DNA of 64,000 bases from Camelus dromedarius (Eukaryota), in NCBI RefSeq assembly GCF_036321535.1, contig NC_087436.1:11098001-11162000 (forward strand), read 5' to 3'. The notes below the pieces were generated by a model. The model saw only the letters and a program-made list of their open reading frames with translations. It searched no databases and was not told where the DNA came from. This document shows positions 36,365 through 48,858 of the stretch, in pieces; the first letter of the stretch is position 1, and each line of letters starts with the position of its first letter. Position numbers and translations under genes: made by a program.

Positions 36365-36949
36365 GTGATCCAGCGACCCCACTCGTGGGCATATATCTAG
36401 AGGAAAATAGAATTCGAAAAGACACATGCACCCCAGTGTTCACAGTAGCACTATTTACAATAGCCAAGACATGTAAACAACCTAACTGTCCATTGACAGA
36501 TGACTGGATAAAGAAGTCGTGGTATATTTATGCATAATGGAATACTACTCAGCCATAAAAAAGAATAAAATAATGCCATTTGCAGCAATATGGATGGACC
36601 TGGAGATTGTCATTTTAAGTGAAGTTAAGTCAGAAAGAGAAAGAAAAAATACCATATGATATCACTTATATTTGGAGTCTAAAAAAATAGGACATAGATA
36701 AAGTTATCTACAAAAAAGAAATGGACTCGCAGACATAGAGAACAAACTATGGTTACCACTGGGTAAACGGAGTGGGAAGGGATAAATTAGGAATTTGAGA
36801 TTTGCACCTCTTGGAGAGTGACGGAAATGTTAGCTATCTTGATTGTGGTGGTGGTTTCATTGGTCTATAAATCTATCAAAATTCATCAAATTATACATCT
36901 GAATTATGTGTAGTTTACTGTACAGGAATCATACCACAATAAAGGTGTT
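36365..36949 (+). mobile_element. Young L1 3' fragment inserted in an older L1
   Basis: ORF2 end and 3' UTR; 15-bp TSD aaaaatatgtataat (36350-36364 and 36950-36964). Confidence 0.85.
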
Positions 36950-37394
36950 AAAAATATGTATAATAAAGCAGTATCATATTTATTGACTGGACCATTATCT
37001 ATGCTGTATTATCAAGTGAAAAAGTAAGTTGTAAAGTATTATTATGTTTACACTTGTGTATGAACATGTATATATATATAATGCTTCTATCTGTACTGGA
37101 AGCTTCTGAAAATATATGCATGATGCTGGTAAACACAACTACCTTTGGAAGTTGCAAATGAGGGATCCAAAAGACTTGGGTGCTTTCAATCACCACTCTA
37201 TTCTTCTGTACTATTTCAGCATTTTTATTTTTTACTCTTAGCCTGTATTGATTTGAAATAAAATTTATTAAAGATCAAAATCTCTGATAACACACAATCT
37301 TTGATAATATTGATAACATGTGAATAGTAGCATAAAAATCCTCATATATTGCTGGAGAAAGTGTTCATTGATAACATTTTCATGGAGGAAAATT

Positions 37395-38599
37395 TGGCTA
37401 TTGTACATAGTTCTGCTACAAACATTGGGGGTGCATGTATCTTTTTGAACTAGAGTTTTTGTCTTTTCTGGATATATGTCCAGGAGTGGGATTGCTGGAT
37501 CATATGGTAAGTCCATTTTTAGTTTTTTTAAGGAACCACCATACTGTTCTCCAGAATGGTGGCACCAATTTAAATTCCCACTAACAGTGTTGGAGGGTTC
37601 CCTTTTCTCCACATCCTCTCCAGCAATTATTATTTGTTAACTTGTTGCTGATGGCCATTCTGACTGGTGTGAGGTGATACCTCAAGGTAGTTCTGATTTG
37701 TATTTATCTAGTAATCAGTGATGTTGAACATCTTTTTATGTACCTGTTGGTCATCTGTATGTCTTCTGTGGAGAAATTTTTATTTAAGTCTTCTGCTTAT
37801 TTTTTGATTGGGTTGTTTGGTTTTTTTAATATTGAGCTGTATGTGCTGTTTGTATATTTTGGAAATTAATTGCTTACTGGTCACATGGTTTGCAAATATT
37901 TTCTCCCATTCCATAGGGTGTGTTTTCCTTTTGTCAATGGTTTCCTTTGCTATGAAAAAGCTTTTAAGTTGAATTAGGTCTTACTTTTTTTTTTTTTTCC
38001 ATTACTCTAGGAGATGGATCCAAAAAATATTGCTGCAACTTATGTGAAAGAGTGTTCTGCCTGTGTTTTCCTCTGTAAGTTTTAGAGTATCCAGTCTTAC
38101 ATTTAGGTCTTTAATCCATTTTGAGTTTATATTTGTATATGGTGTGAGGAAATGTTCTAATTTCATTCTCTTACATGTAGCTGTCCAATTTTCCCAGCAC
38201 CAGTTATTGAAGAGACTGTCTTTTCTTCATAGTATATTCTTGCCTCCTTTGTCATTAATTAACTGACCATAAGTGCATAGGTTTGCTTCTGAACTTTCTA
38301 TCCTGTTTTATTGATCTAGGTGTCTGTTTTTGTAGCCATGCTGTTTTGATTACTGGGCTTTGTAGTATAGTCTGAAGCCAGGGAGAATGATTCTTCCAGC
38401 TCCATTCTCCTTTCATCGAGAATGTTTTGGCTATTCGTGGTCTTTTGTGTTTCCATACAAAGTTTAACATTTTTTGTTCCAGTTCTGTGGAAAATGTCAT
38501 TGGTAATTTGATAGGGACTGCATTGAATTTGTGTATTGCTAGGCTCTTTTTAAGTTATTGTTTCTGCCCTGGGTCTCCGAGCATATGAGATTTTGTGTG

Positions 38600-38630
<31 letters not shown>

Positions 38631-39030
38631 CAAAACAAGAGTGGAGTTTGTTTCTGCCGTCTTCTGGCTTTCCTAAGAGCAATCCCATTGGCCTTTGAAA
38701 CCAAGCATTCTTGGGGCTCACACTCCTGGGGCAGCATCTCCAGGCTGTGGAGCCCCGTGTGGGATTTGAACCCCTCCCTCCTTGCGGGGAACCACTGTAA
38801 TTGTGACTACCCTCCATTTGTGTGTTGCCTCCCGGGATGTGGGTCTTGACTACACTGCATGTCCACCCTCCTACCTGACTTATTGTGGTCCCTTCTTTGT
38901 ATCGTTTGTCTTTATATATTTAGATGTTTTCTGTGAGTCCTTAGGTTGCTCATTGATAGTTGCTTTGTAAGCAGTTATAATTTCGCTGTGTCTCTGAAAG
39001 GAGGCACACGGCCTACTCCACTGTCTTCTA
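37395..39030 (-). mobile_element. Internally deleted L1: 5'UTR (about 38545-39030) joined to distal ORF2 (about 37395-38540)
   Basis: ORFs 37268..37612 and 38255..38500 are ORF2-like ([22 protein letters not shown]). The upstream part resembles the 5'UTR pieces near 9.2 and 18.1 kb. Confidence 0.8.
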
Positions 39031-40646
39031 AAAGAAAGTTTTTGAGAAAAAGATTGCTAGTTTCTATCAGATAAAATGCTAGTATCTAAGCGTATCTGAG
39101 ACAACATTATGAGACATCTTTGGGATCTTTAACCCTAAAATTATAGGGTCAATTGAATCAAAAACTCAGACTCCACGTGAGACTCTCTCTTCCCCCTACA
39201 GCACATTGGCTCTAGCTTTTAGGCTTTCTTCCCTCCTCTCTTCTACATCGTCTCCTAGGCTGCCATTTCCATCATCCTGTGCTTCCACAACTCTGGCTGT
39301 TCAGATTTCATAATTAGTTCAAAGATGATAAGTGAAATAATGGTGAATGTGCAAAGTGAAAGAAAAGTAAGCTCTGGAGGCCACTACAAGACAGACAAAA
39401 GTCCTTAGAAAAGAGTATATAGTAGTAGCTATCAAGGTAGGAAGAAAACAGGATTAAGTGATGTTATGGAAACCAAAAGCCAAGTTTGAGAGAGTGGGAA
39501 TGGGAAATGTACCCAAGGGACCAACTAAGACAGAAAAATGTATTGGATTTAGATTTTAATAAGATGAAGAGGTTGATTGAGGGGCAAAAGTGAGGTGAAA
39601 AGTGGACATAGCACTTATCTCATTGCATTACAACTGTCTGGTGACACATCTGTCTCCTTTAAAAAACTGTGAATTCCCCCGGGGCATTGTCTGTTGTCTA
39701 ACTCACATCTGTTTCCTTTGAGGTCTGCACTTGTTCCTTTTTAGCAGAAACAAAATGACTAAATTGTAAGTATAAAGACCTGGAAAGTGAAGAAGAAACT
39801 TGAATTAATACCCTTATTACTACTGTAGATGTCAGTAAGAATAATACAGATCAGTATTTTGTATTCATGTTAAAATCAACACCACTGGAAAACACCATTA
39901 TCCACTCTCTGATGGGAAACCAACTCAATTAATGACCGCCCTTTCCTGAAAGAGAAGGCCATTATTGAGATTTCACATACATTATTACATTATAGCATGG
40001 ATATAAGAGTCTTCTGTTTGCTGATAATAACGCTTTTACATTAGCACTCTGGATAAATGCACTATTCATTTGATTACATAAAATGAATATCACATTGAAC
40101 TGTATTCATATTGACTACACTGTGTGTGCTTTATAAAAGCCACAGGGAGAAGGTTTTCCATACAGATTTTCTGTGCAGCTGAACAGTTGCCATTCTTGGG
40201 TGGTCAAGCACGAAATATTTTAATGCTTCAGATATGACAGACTTTCAGATAACCCAAGTTAGAATAAATAAAGGCATTCTTCTTTTTCCAGAGAGGGTTG
40301 CTTTCCTGCATCTGATCTAAGTTACCATCACAGAGGAGAATCAAGCCACAAAAAGAGAAAAAGCATACTTTGTTCAGCCAACCAGATGAGAACTTTCAGC
40401 CCCTAGTGGAAATATGAATTAAAGATAAGCAATAATAGACTTTGGGAGCTCCCATGAGTCAGTAGGTCAAAACAGATCTGCTGCTTCCTCTCAGCTTGTA
40501 TTTTAATGTGCAGAATAGGATAAAAAACCCATAAATCTTCCAATTTTATCATTCAATTCTTATAATTTATGATCTGCATGAAACACCTTTAATTAGGTCA
40601 GTGGATCCTTCTGATTTCATAAACTACAAGTAAAGTTTGGAAGTTG

Positions 40647-40790
40647 AGGAGAGGGTATAGCTCAAGTGGTAGAGCACAAGCTTAGCATGAACAAGGTCCT
40701 GCGTTCAATCCCCAGTGCCTCCTCTAAAATAATTAACAAACCAAATTACCTACCCCCCCAAATAAAATAATTAAATAATACAGTAATAAA
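40647..40790 (+). mobile_element. tRNA-derived SINE (Vic-1-like)
   Basis: gagggtatagctcaagtggtagagc...gttcaatccccagt. Confidence 0.85.
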
Positions 40791-41029
40791 GTTTGAAAAT
40801 CATTTTTAAGTATTGACCCTGGATTCCTTCAAGTTTGTTTATATTAGTTGTTATCATGTGGTTTTGAGAGTGGGTGAATGGAGAGATGCTGTCTAGAGAT
40901 AAGACCTCACTTTAGTTTGATTTTTAGTTTTTGGTTTTACCTGATAGTAGCAAAAGATTATTTACTGTTTTGTCTCATCTTGTGCATATTACAGTGGCTG
41001 AGCCACAAATCAAGTTACGAGGAGCTATA

Positions 41030-41180
41030 AAAATAGACACGTGTGAAAATCCTGGGTCTTCCTTTTAGAAACGGTGACCTTGGGAAAATTACTGAACCAT
41101 ACCAAGCCTCAGTTTCCTCATCTGTAAGAGAATAAAGTGCAGATGATGATACCTACCTCATAGACTAGTGTGAGGACCTC
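41030..41180 (+). mobile_element. MIR SINE
   Basis: gtgaccttggg...gcctcagtttcctcatctgtaa...acctacctcatag. Confidence 0.7.
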
Positions 41181-41681
41181 CACCCGCACCATGGAAGGGT
41201 CTATATCAACATAGACTCATTCATTCCCTAAAGGGAAACAGTCGTATTAACTCAAGAGTTGTGTGAAAAGGAACAGAGAATGTTCCCTCTTCAAGCACAG
41301 TTCCAGCCTCACTGGAAGACAGTCCTTGCTGTGGTCTCTACACAGAGAGTACATGGAATGACGTTCTTTCTTTGGGCCCTGCAAAGTCGCGTTGAGTATG
41401 GACACAATGGCCCTAGATCTTTCTCGGTCTGGGGAGTGGAGAAGAATAGTAGAAATAGAATCCAAGAGTTTGAGTTTGGATCTCGCTTTTCTACTTACAG
41501 AGGGCTGGGCTTTACTTAGCCCACATTCATTTCAACTTTAAATTTTCAGAAATCTCAGCTGTCTTATTTTAAATTTAAATTTTCAAAATTATTTAAAACT
41601 AAAAATAGAATAATTTCTACCACATTGAAAAAAAGAAATCAGATGAGGTAACACTATCTAACTCTTGCTACTCAGTGAGGT

Positions 41682-41860
41682 GTCAAGGTGGAAAAAATTT
41701 CCCTTCTCCACATCCAGCTTCTTTGGCTGGTCTAATAACTAAACCGACATAAGACAGATTAACAGGAGAAAAACAAATTTAATTTTGTGCATACGGGAGC
41801 TCCAAAGACATGATGCCCAAGGGGAAGTGGGGCAGTTGAGGCTTATATGCTACCCTGAGG
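41682..41860 (-). mobile_element. LTR fragment (ERV1-like)
   Basis: gacataagacagattaacaggagaaaaacaaatttaat motif. Confidence 0.5.
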
Positions 41861-44859
41861 CTTAGAGAGGCTAAGTGACATGGCCCTGCTCTCCTGACAT
41901 CAAGCCCAGTCTTTTTTCATTGGTTCTGAGTTGTCGGAACCCATCCTAATGATCCATGAAAAATAATCCAAAATAAGACTGAAGGGAAAAAGTATTTCTG
42001 AGAAGTCATATTAAATTAAATGGATTTGCTTTTCAAAATAATTTAAGATACGAACAGTGCTATATATAAAATGTATATATAAAAATTCAAGAGAGGGCTA
42101 AAAATAGCTGTGGCAGAAAAGGGCTTTTAAAGGTGACCTCCTGCCAAGAAACTCTTTTAGACCGGAGGCAGAGGAATGCCTTAAGAAGGAGGGGAAAATG
42201 TGAGGAAAATGCAATTCTCTCTGCCAGAATGGACCTATTTTGAATGAAATCATGTTGGTTTCACTGAAATTATGTCGTTTCAGCAAATTTCATGGCATTA
42301 CCTTCAGTCATATTAACTGCCCCAGTAGACAAAAATATGTGTTGAAAGTAAGAAACCTTAAAATTATGAGGTAACTGTGCTTATTAAGGTTATTTAAAAA
42401 TTTGAAGATAATAACTAAAACTTAGTGAAGTCTGAAGGCCCTGTGATCACTTGAATGAAACGTTCAGAATAATCAGGTGAACGGGATTTAGAGAAGAAAG
42501 CAGAGGAAGTTCAGAATCTCAGAACTCCAGCAGTGTTCTCCCAGATACACAATAGTAATGGCCTCATTTTCCTCAACACTCATCCTTAACCCTGTCCTAA
42601 CCCGACACTGGACACTCATTACACAGGCTCCCTTCCTGATGACAACTGCATTGCCCACCTGACTTTAGACCCACCACAGGACCAGTTAGACAGGGAGGGC
42701 ACCAGGAGTTAGCTGGAGAGGAAAGATGCCTTCACTCCAAGTGCCACGGCTGATCTAGAGAAGACATCGTGCTGGTAATACACAAAGTCACAGGGACAGT
42801 ATGTTGGAGACCCACCCCTTACCAGCTACGTGATTGGGCCACACTGCTCATGAGAACAGTCAGTTTCTAACAAAATTTAACAACGACCTTCTCTAGGAGT
42901 CCGTCTCACAGAAACGTCCTTTCTGGTGTTTAAGATAGATGAACAACGATATTTGAGGCAGCAGTGTTTATAATTGCAAAATACTATGCAGTCTTTAAAA
43001 TCTACGTATACTGACAGGGAATAATGCTCAAAATGTATTAAATAGGAAAAAAAGAGCTCTCAAACAGTATGTTCAGCATAATACTAGTTTTTTTTTTTAC
43101 TAGTATAAATCACAGAATATTACCTAGCAGTTCACATATCAAACCGTGAACAGCTATTGATCCTAGGTGGTGGTATGTAAAGACTTCACTGCCTATTTAT
43201 AAACTTATGTATTACTTGAACTTTTGGAAACAAGTTAGAAGTAATGATATTAAACTGTAGGATATCACTTATATGTGGAACCTAAAAAGTACAACAAACC
43301 AGTGAAAAAAACAAAAGTGGGTACTATGAAACTATATAAAATTGTGTGTGAAACTTGAAAATTGTAAAGCATTATAGAATTTCAAGAATCTTCCATTCAA
43401 TTAAAAAAAATGACAAAAATTTTTAAAAATAAAATCTCATGCAAAAAAAAAAAACCCAGAACAAAACAAACAAAACAGTATCGTACTAACACACATGAAA
43501 AAAGTAACGGTATTAAAAATAAAACCAAATGAAGCTTTAAACAGTATCATAATAATACTATTGCTACCACTAATACGAATAATAATCAGTTCTCAAGGTT
43601 ATTATTAACATTCAAAGCATCACACATGCCGGGAATTCATTTGTATCTCTGTTCTGGAGAGCATTCAATATCATTTTATTCTTCAAAGTGAATGTATCAT
43701 TTTCTAAGTCCTTGAGTCTTTATCTGTTAAAAATGAGATAATAATAAAAACTCCCTCCCTTTAGTCAACAGTGTTGACCAGACAGCAGATGTGACACATG
43801 AGAGGTTCTCCTGAAGCTGCAAAGAGACGACTCGTGACTCAGGACATCAACGTCAACATTCATTATTTTGGGTTTCCTGAATTTGGAACATTGATGTTCA
43901 CTGTGTAGAAATAAAAAGTTCCATTGAATACATTTGGAACTGAAGACTTGACAGTTAGGTGTTGTAATAAGACAAAGCACTTACACACGTGTGCACACAT
44001 GCACCTTCTCCAATACTTATATATCTAGATCGATGTCCCTTTCTGCAGTTGATTGTGCCAAGGAGGAAGCTGAGACAAAATGGTCCAGAGAGCAGACCTC
44101 ACCGAGGTACCAGGAGATGCTGCAGCCAGGCGAGGCACTGTCTTGGCCAATTGGACATCAGCCCCTATGAGCTGTTTTATGACTATTCCTCATCTGTTGG
44201 AGAAAATTGCTCTCTGATCTAAAATATCTATATTGCTCACACACCAATTTAAAGACCTCTCAAATCTTATGGGTTACATAACTATTCCTTGGATTCTGCC
44301 AAAATGTTTGAAACTCCTTTCCTGAAATAACCATCATGAATAGTTTTCAAGACACATACACACACGGAACTCACTTTACTTACTATATGGTTGCACTTTC
44401 TAAGTTAAAAATTGTACTACCTAGCTTCATCGCTGACTTCACTCATCATTCTCTTGAGTGACTCTCACTGCTTCTGATACTATGAATAAAAAATTTGCCG
44501 CCAACAAGTTTATGAAAGGTATTTTACTAGCTTTTATAGACATCCCAAAATAACAGTTCCAAAGCAAGGTTTAATAATGACTATACTACTGTAATACTCT
44601 ATAGCCTATTAGAAAACAACTTTGGGAAAAATGCGCTCAATGAGACTGCTAATGGAAATAGTAATTATTAAAACAAGTCACAAGGCATCTTGTAAATAAT
44701 TTGATTCACATGCTAAGACAGTACAGTTAGTTTCTGTAGCTTGCCTTTTGCAGGTGACTCTCTGTCACATCTTCTAAGTCACCAACAAGTTGCCTATAGA
44801 CCCAGAAGGCATGACCGAGTCTAAAATAAAGCAGTTATTCCTGAAATGTTTTCACAATG

Positions 44860-45660
44860 CTAGTTCCTTGAGATTCTCCAGTGCTCACCCAGGGGACATA
44901 AAAGGTGGTGGCAGATATTCTGGGAGTGTTCATCTACATGAGCTTTCCTGGAGGCTGACATCTTGATTGGATCATTAGCACCAAACCCAGCCCCACCCAA
45001 AAGCCTGTAGGGAAGCCTCAGGCCAGACAACATACAGGGTGGGAACGCAGCCACGCAGACTTCCTAAGTCACAAAGGCCTCTAGATACAGCTCTACCCAC
45101 CAGGGGTCCAGGACCAAGCTTCACCCAGCAGTGGGCAGGCACCTACTCCCCCTCCCAGGAAACTTGCATAAGCCTCTAGACCAGCTTCATCCACCAGGGG
45201 CAGATACTGGAAATAAGAACATTACAATCCCAAAGCCTGTGGAAGGAATCTGCAAACACAGAAAGATAGATGATATGAAGAGGCAGAAGAATATCTCCTA
45301 GGCCAAGGCACAAGATAAAATCCGAGAAAAGATATAAGTGATCAGGAGGCTAGTGCAGGTTTCCTGGTAGGAGGAGCCAGTGCCTGCCCACTGCCTTGGA
45401 CTGGGAGATATTCCTTTGCCGCCTCATATCGTCTATCTTTCTATTTCTAGTTTTTGAAGTGAAAAAAAAAAGTGAATGAAGGGCTGCAAATGGCAAAATA
45501 TCCTTCTTTTTTATGAGTGAGTTGTATTCCATTCCACATCTATATGCTGCATCTCTATTATCTATTCAACTATTGATGTGCACTCAGGATGCTCCCATAT
45601 CTTGGCAAGTATAAATAATGTTGCTGTTAATAGCAGGGTGTATGTACCTTTTTGAGTTAA
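44860..45660. mobile_element. L1 5'UTR/ORF1-start fragment (+), inverted related piece (45350-45445, -) and L1 3' piece (-)
   Basis: gatgatatgaagaggcagaagaatatctcc resembles the ORF1 start; a reverse-complement homolog is adjacent. Confidence 0.6.
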
Positions 45661-45789
45661 TTCTTATTTTGTGGTTGGCTTTATTGCTTCGATAGCTATG
45701 TAAGTTTAAAAAGCTAAAGCTCTAAACGTTCTTAGAAACAATGAACAGTACATATATGTAAATTAAAAAATATATGTGCAGTAAAAAAA

Positions 45790-46285
45790 AAAAAGATCTA
45801 TCAAGCTATGAAAGACATGGAAGAAAAATTTACAAGACATATTAGTAAATGAAAGAAGCCAGTCTGACAAGGCTACAAACTGTATGATTCCAACCAAATG
45901 ACATTCTGGAGAAGGCAAAGCTACAGAAACAATAAAAAGATGTTGGTTTCCAGGGGGTTGGGGAGACGGAGGAAGGGAGGAATGAATAAATGGAGCACAA
46001 AGGATTTTCAGGTCAATGAAATTATTCTGCATGATACTATAGTGGTGGCTACATGTCATTATGCATTTGTCAAAACCCATAGAATGTACAACATCAAGAG
46101 TAAACCCTAAATAATGTGCCCATGTTGGTTCATTGATTGTATCAAATATGCCACACTGATAGGGATGTTGAGGGTAGGAGAGTATAAATGTGTGGGTAGG
46201 GAGGGCTATGTGCAAACTCTGAATTTTCTGCTCAATTCTGCTGTGAACCTGAAACTGCTCTAAAAGAATAAAATCTATTTAAAAA
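45790..46285 (+). mobile_element. L1MC-like 3' end
   Basis: gaaagaagccagtctgacaaggctac...ctgtgaacctgaaactgctctaaaagaataaa. Confidence 0.75.
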
Positions 46286-46376
46286 ATAGTAATAATCGCA
46301 TCTATAGCTTCTGAGTGTGTAAATCAGATTGTATAAGGCAAGAGTATGGGTCTGTGTCAAGACTGCCCAACTTCAT

Positions 46377-46570
46377 GGGGGGACGGTAGAGCTCAGTGAC
46401 AGAGTACTTGCTTAGCATGCACGAGGTCCTCAGTTCAATCCCCAGAACCTCCATTAAGAAGTAAATAATAAACCTAATTACCCCCCCAAAATTAAAATAA
46501 TAAAGTAAAAAAATGAGAAGATAGGAAAACATCACTCCTTTTGTATAAAAGAATCAAAAAATTTTTAAAA
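46377..46570 (+). mobile_element. tRNA-derived SINE (Vic-1-like) inserted in a MIR
   Basis: SINE head; TSD aagactgcccaacttc/aagactgtctaacttc; MIR-like sequence resumes to about 46760. Confidence 0.8.
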
Positions 46571-47783
46571 AGACTGTCTAACTTCGCATCTCACTCAGTT
46601 CTGCCACCTACTAACTCGAGGACCCTGTGCAATGTCTACATTTACTCATCTTTAAAAATGGAAGAATATTTTTCCTAATTCCTAAGGTTACTGAAGGATT
46701 GAAATTGTTCATCATGCAGAGTGTTTAAAGCAGTTCTTGTCAGCTATTAAGCACCCTATTAGCTACAGCTGTTATGGTTATTACTCATTAACATGAGTTT
46801 AACAAACCTTAAGAGCTCTAGTTGACAGTGAACAGAATATAACTAAATGATATATTGACAAAATAAACCAACTAATTTAAATTCTACTACTTCAATAATA
46901 ATAATAAAGTGAATCAAAGGTGGAAAATAAAACCTCTGATTAATTAATCAGACTTTATTAAGGCTTTATTTATTATACATGGTTCTAGGTGTTTAAATCA
47001 GATATTAGCCAACAAACAGGTTTCTTCAGACAAACACAACCAGAATGTTAAAAATTGTGCTTATAAAGAGAGGCAGGCGGAAAACTTGGGAATGTTTAAA
47101 CCTGGAAAATGGAAAATTCAGGGGCAATAGGATGCCTGCTTTAAAATGTGAAACGTTCTCACATTAAGGCTATTCAATATTTATGTAACAACTGTAAAAC
47201 CAGACTTGGAAGGAAATTAAATAACTTATCTATACAAGACAATGGCTCATATTTAGCAAAGAGGGGAAACAGTTGATGCCACACACAGGGAACTTAAAAA
47301 TATGAACAGAATTGCCCTCTCAAAAACACAATATAATAATAAATTCACACTTCAAATGTGTCTGTAATTAGCATCTCTTACATCTTTTTATTTATGTCAC
47401 TCATTAATTAAGGTGTCTTGCAGGAGACCATATACAAAATGTGTTTAAGTGGTGACTTGCTAAAAATTGAATTTCTTAAGCTTTGCCTTTACTTAAAACA
47501 GAGCAATAAATATGTTACATGCATTAAAACCATAAGGTAGATTTTAAAGTAGGCAAGATTATATAAGGAAAAGAAATGTGAAAATGCTTCCACAATTTTT
47601 CTTCCACATTATAACCTTATAAGATATTTTTTCTTGATGCTACACTCAGCACGGTGCATTAGTCCATGAGATGTTAAATGAATATGTTCCATGAAGATTT
47701 GAAACAGTGGACATCTTCTGTAGCACATTGGATGCAAATATCTTAAATTCCCCTCTAGAAATTGGAATATATACATCATATAA

Positions 47784-47952
47784 TGATGGTACAGGAAAGA
47801 GTAAACCTAGAATTCATCTGTATTTATTACACGTCGTTAAACCAGGAGGGGTTATTGACTATTATTATTGTGATGGTACAGGAAAGAGTAAACCTAGAAT
47901 TCATCTGTATTTATTACATGTCGTTAAACCAGGAGGGGTTATTGACTATTAT
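47784..47952. repeat. Tandem duplication, period 87 bp
   Basis: tgatggtacaggaaagag...gttattgactattat starts at 47784 and 47871, with one C/T mismatch. Confidence 0.95.
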
Positions 47953-48109
47953 CATCCTGCCTCCTTGAAAGTCAGTTCATGTTGATAGTAGGGCCCTGCT
48001 TACCTTATTTAGTTCCGCATTGCTTCCTCCTTTAAACCAGAATCATTTCCATGAATTTAAGTCCATTCATTAGTGGTAGAAACCTCTTAGTTTTAGAAAT
48101 AATACCTAC

Positions 48110-48154
48110 CAACTCTCCATCAAAACAGAGTTCAAAGCTGCCAGGTCCTCTATA
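48110..48154 (-). pseudogene. Candidate 45-nt exon (YRGPGSFELCFDGEL or IEDLAALNSVLMES)
   Basis: Acceptor cttccttccctttgcacag, donor TTG|gtaggt. Confidence 0.35.
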
Positions 48155-48858
48155 CTGTGCAAAGGGAAGGAAGTAGACTTTTAACATGTTGAGTGAAATG
48201 TAGCAACTAAAATAACAGAGCACTCATGGAGAACAGGCAATGGTTATCATTGGAAAAAGGAGAGAAAGAAGAGAGGAAACAAAGGAGGGAGGGAGGGAGA
48301 GAAGGAGGAGCTACATTACTGGAAAAGATGAAGAGAGAGAATGGCTTGCTTTCTGTCATTGAGAGAACCAAATTCTTCTAGCTCTTCCTCTGAAATATCT
48401 GAAATTTAATCACTTATCCAAGCAAGGGATTAAGAGTCAAATAAAAGTGGGAGGTTAGGTTAAGAAAATAGAAGCAATCTGAATTTTACAAAGACTACAG
48501 ACTCTCAAAGGAGGAAATGAAAGTCATCTTGACATTACACTCAGCACGGTTCCCACAGAATCTCAAGGTGGGGTCCCGACCTTCTCCAAACCATACTGCT
48601 GCTTCAAATCCCCTTGTCCTTCATTCTGCCTCTCTCCTCATTCTTTTGTTTGTTTGAGACCTGGCCATTGTTCCTTTTCCTTTTTCACCACTTTTCCTTG
48701 TTATATATTTCCTTACTAGGGTGGGTCCCTTCCCAAGCTCAGATCTCATCCTTGCCTACCTTCTTAGGGATCTCAGGCCACTGCAGATTTCCTTTCTGCC
48801 CTCTGTCTTTGACCTCAGTCTTTAGACTGGATTTGCACTATCAACATTCAGCATTCAG

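Noticed and set aside
47784..47952. Direct repeats as a possible CRISPR-like array
   Set aside because: Two adjacent copies with no spacers, in mammalian DNA.
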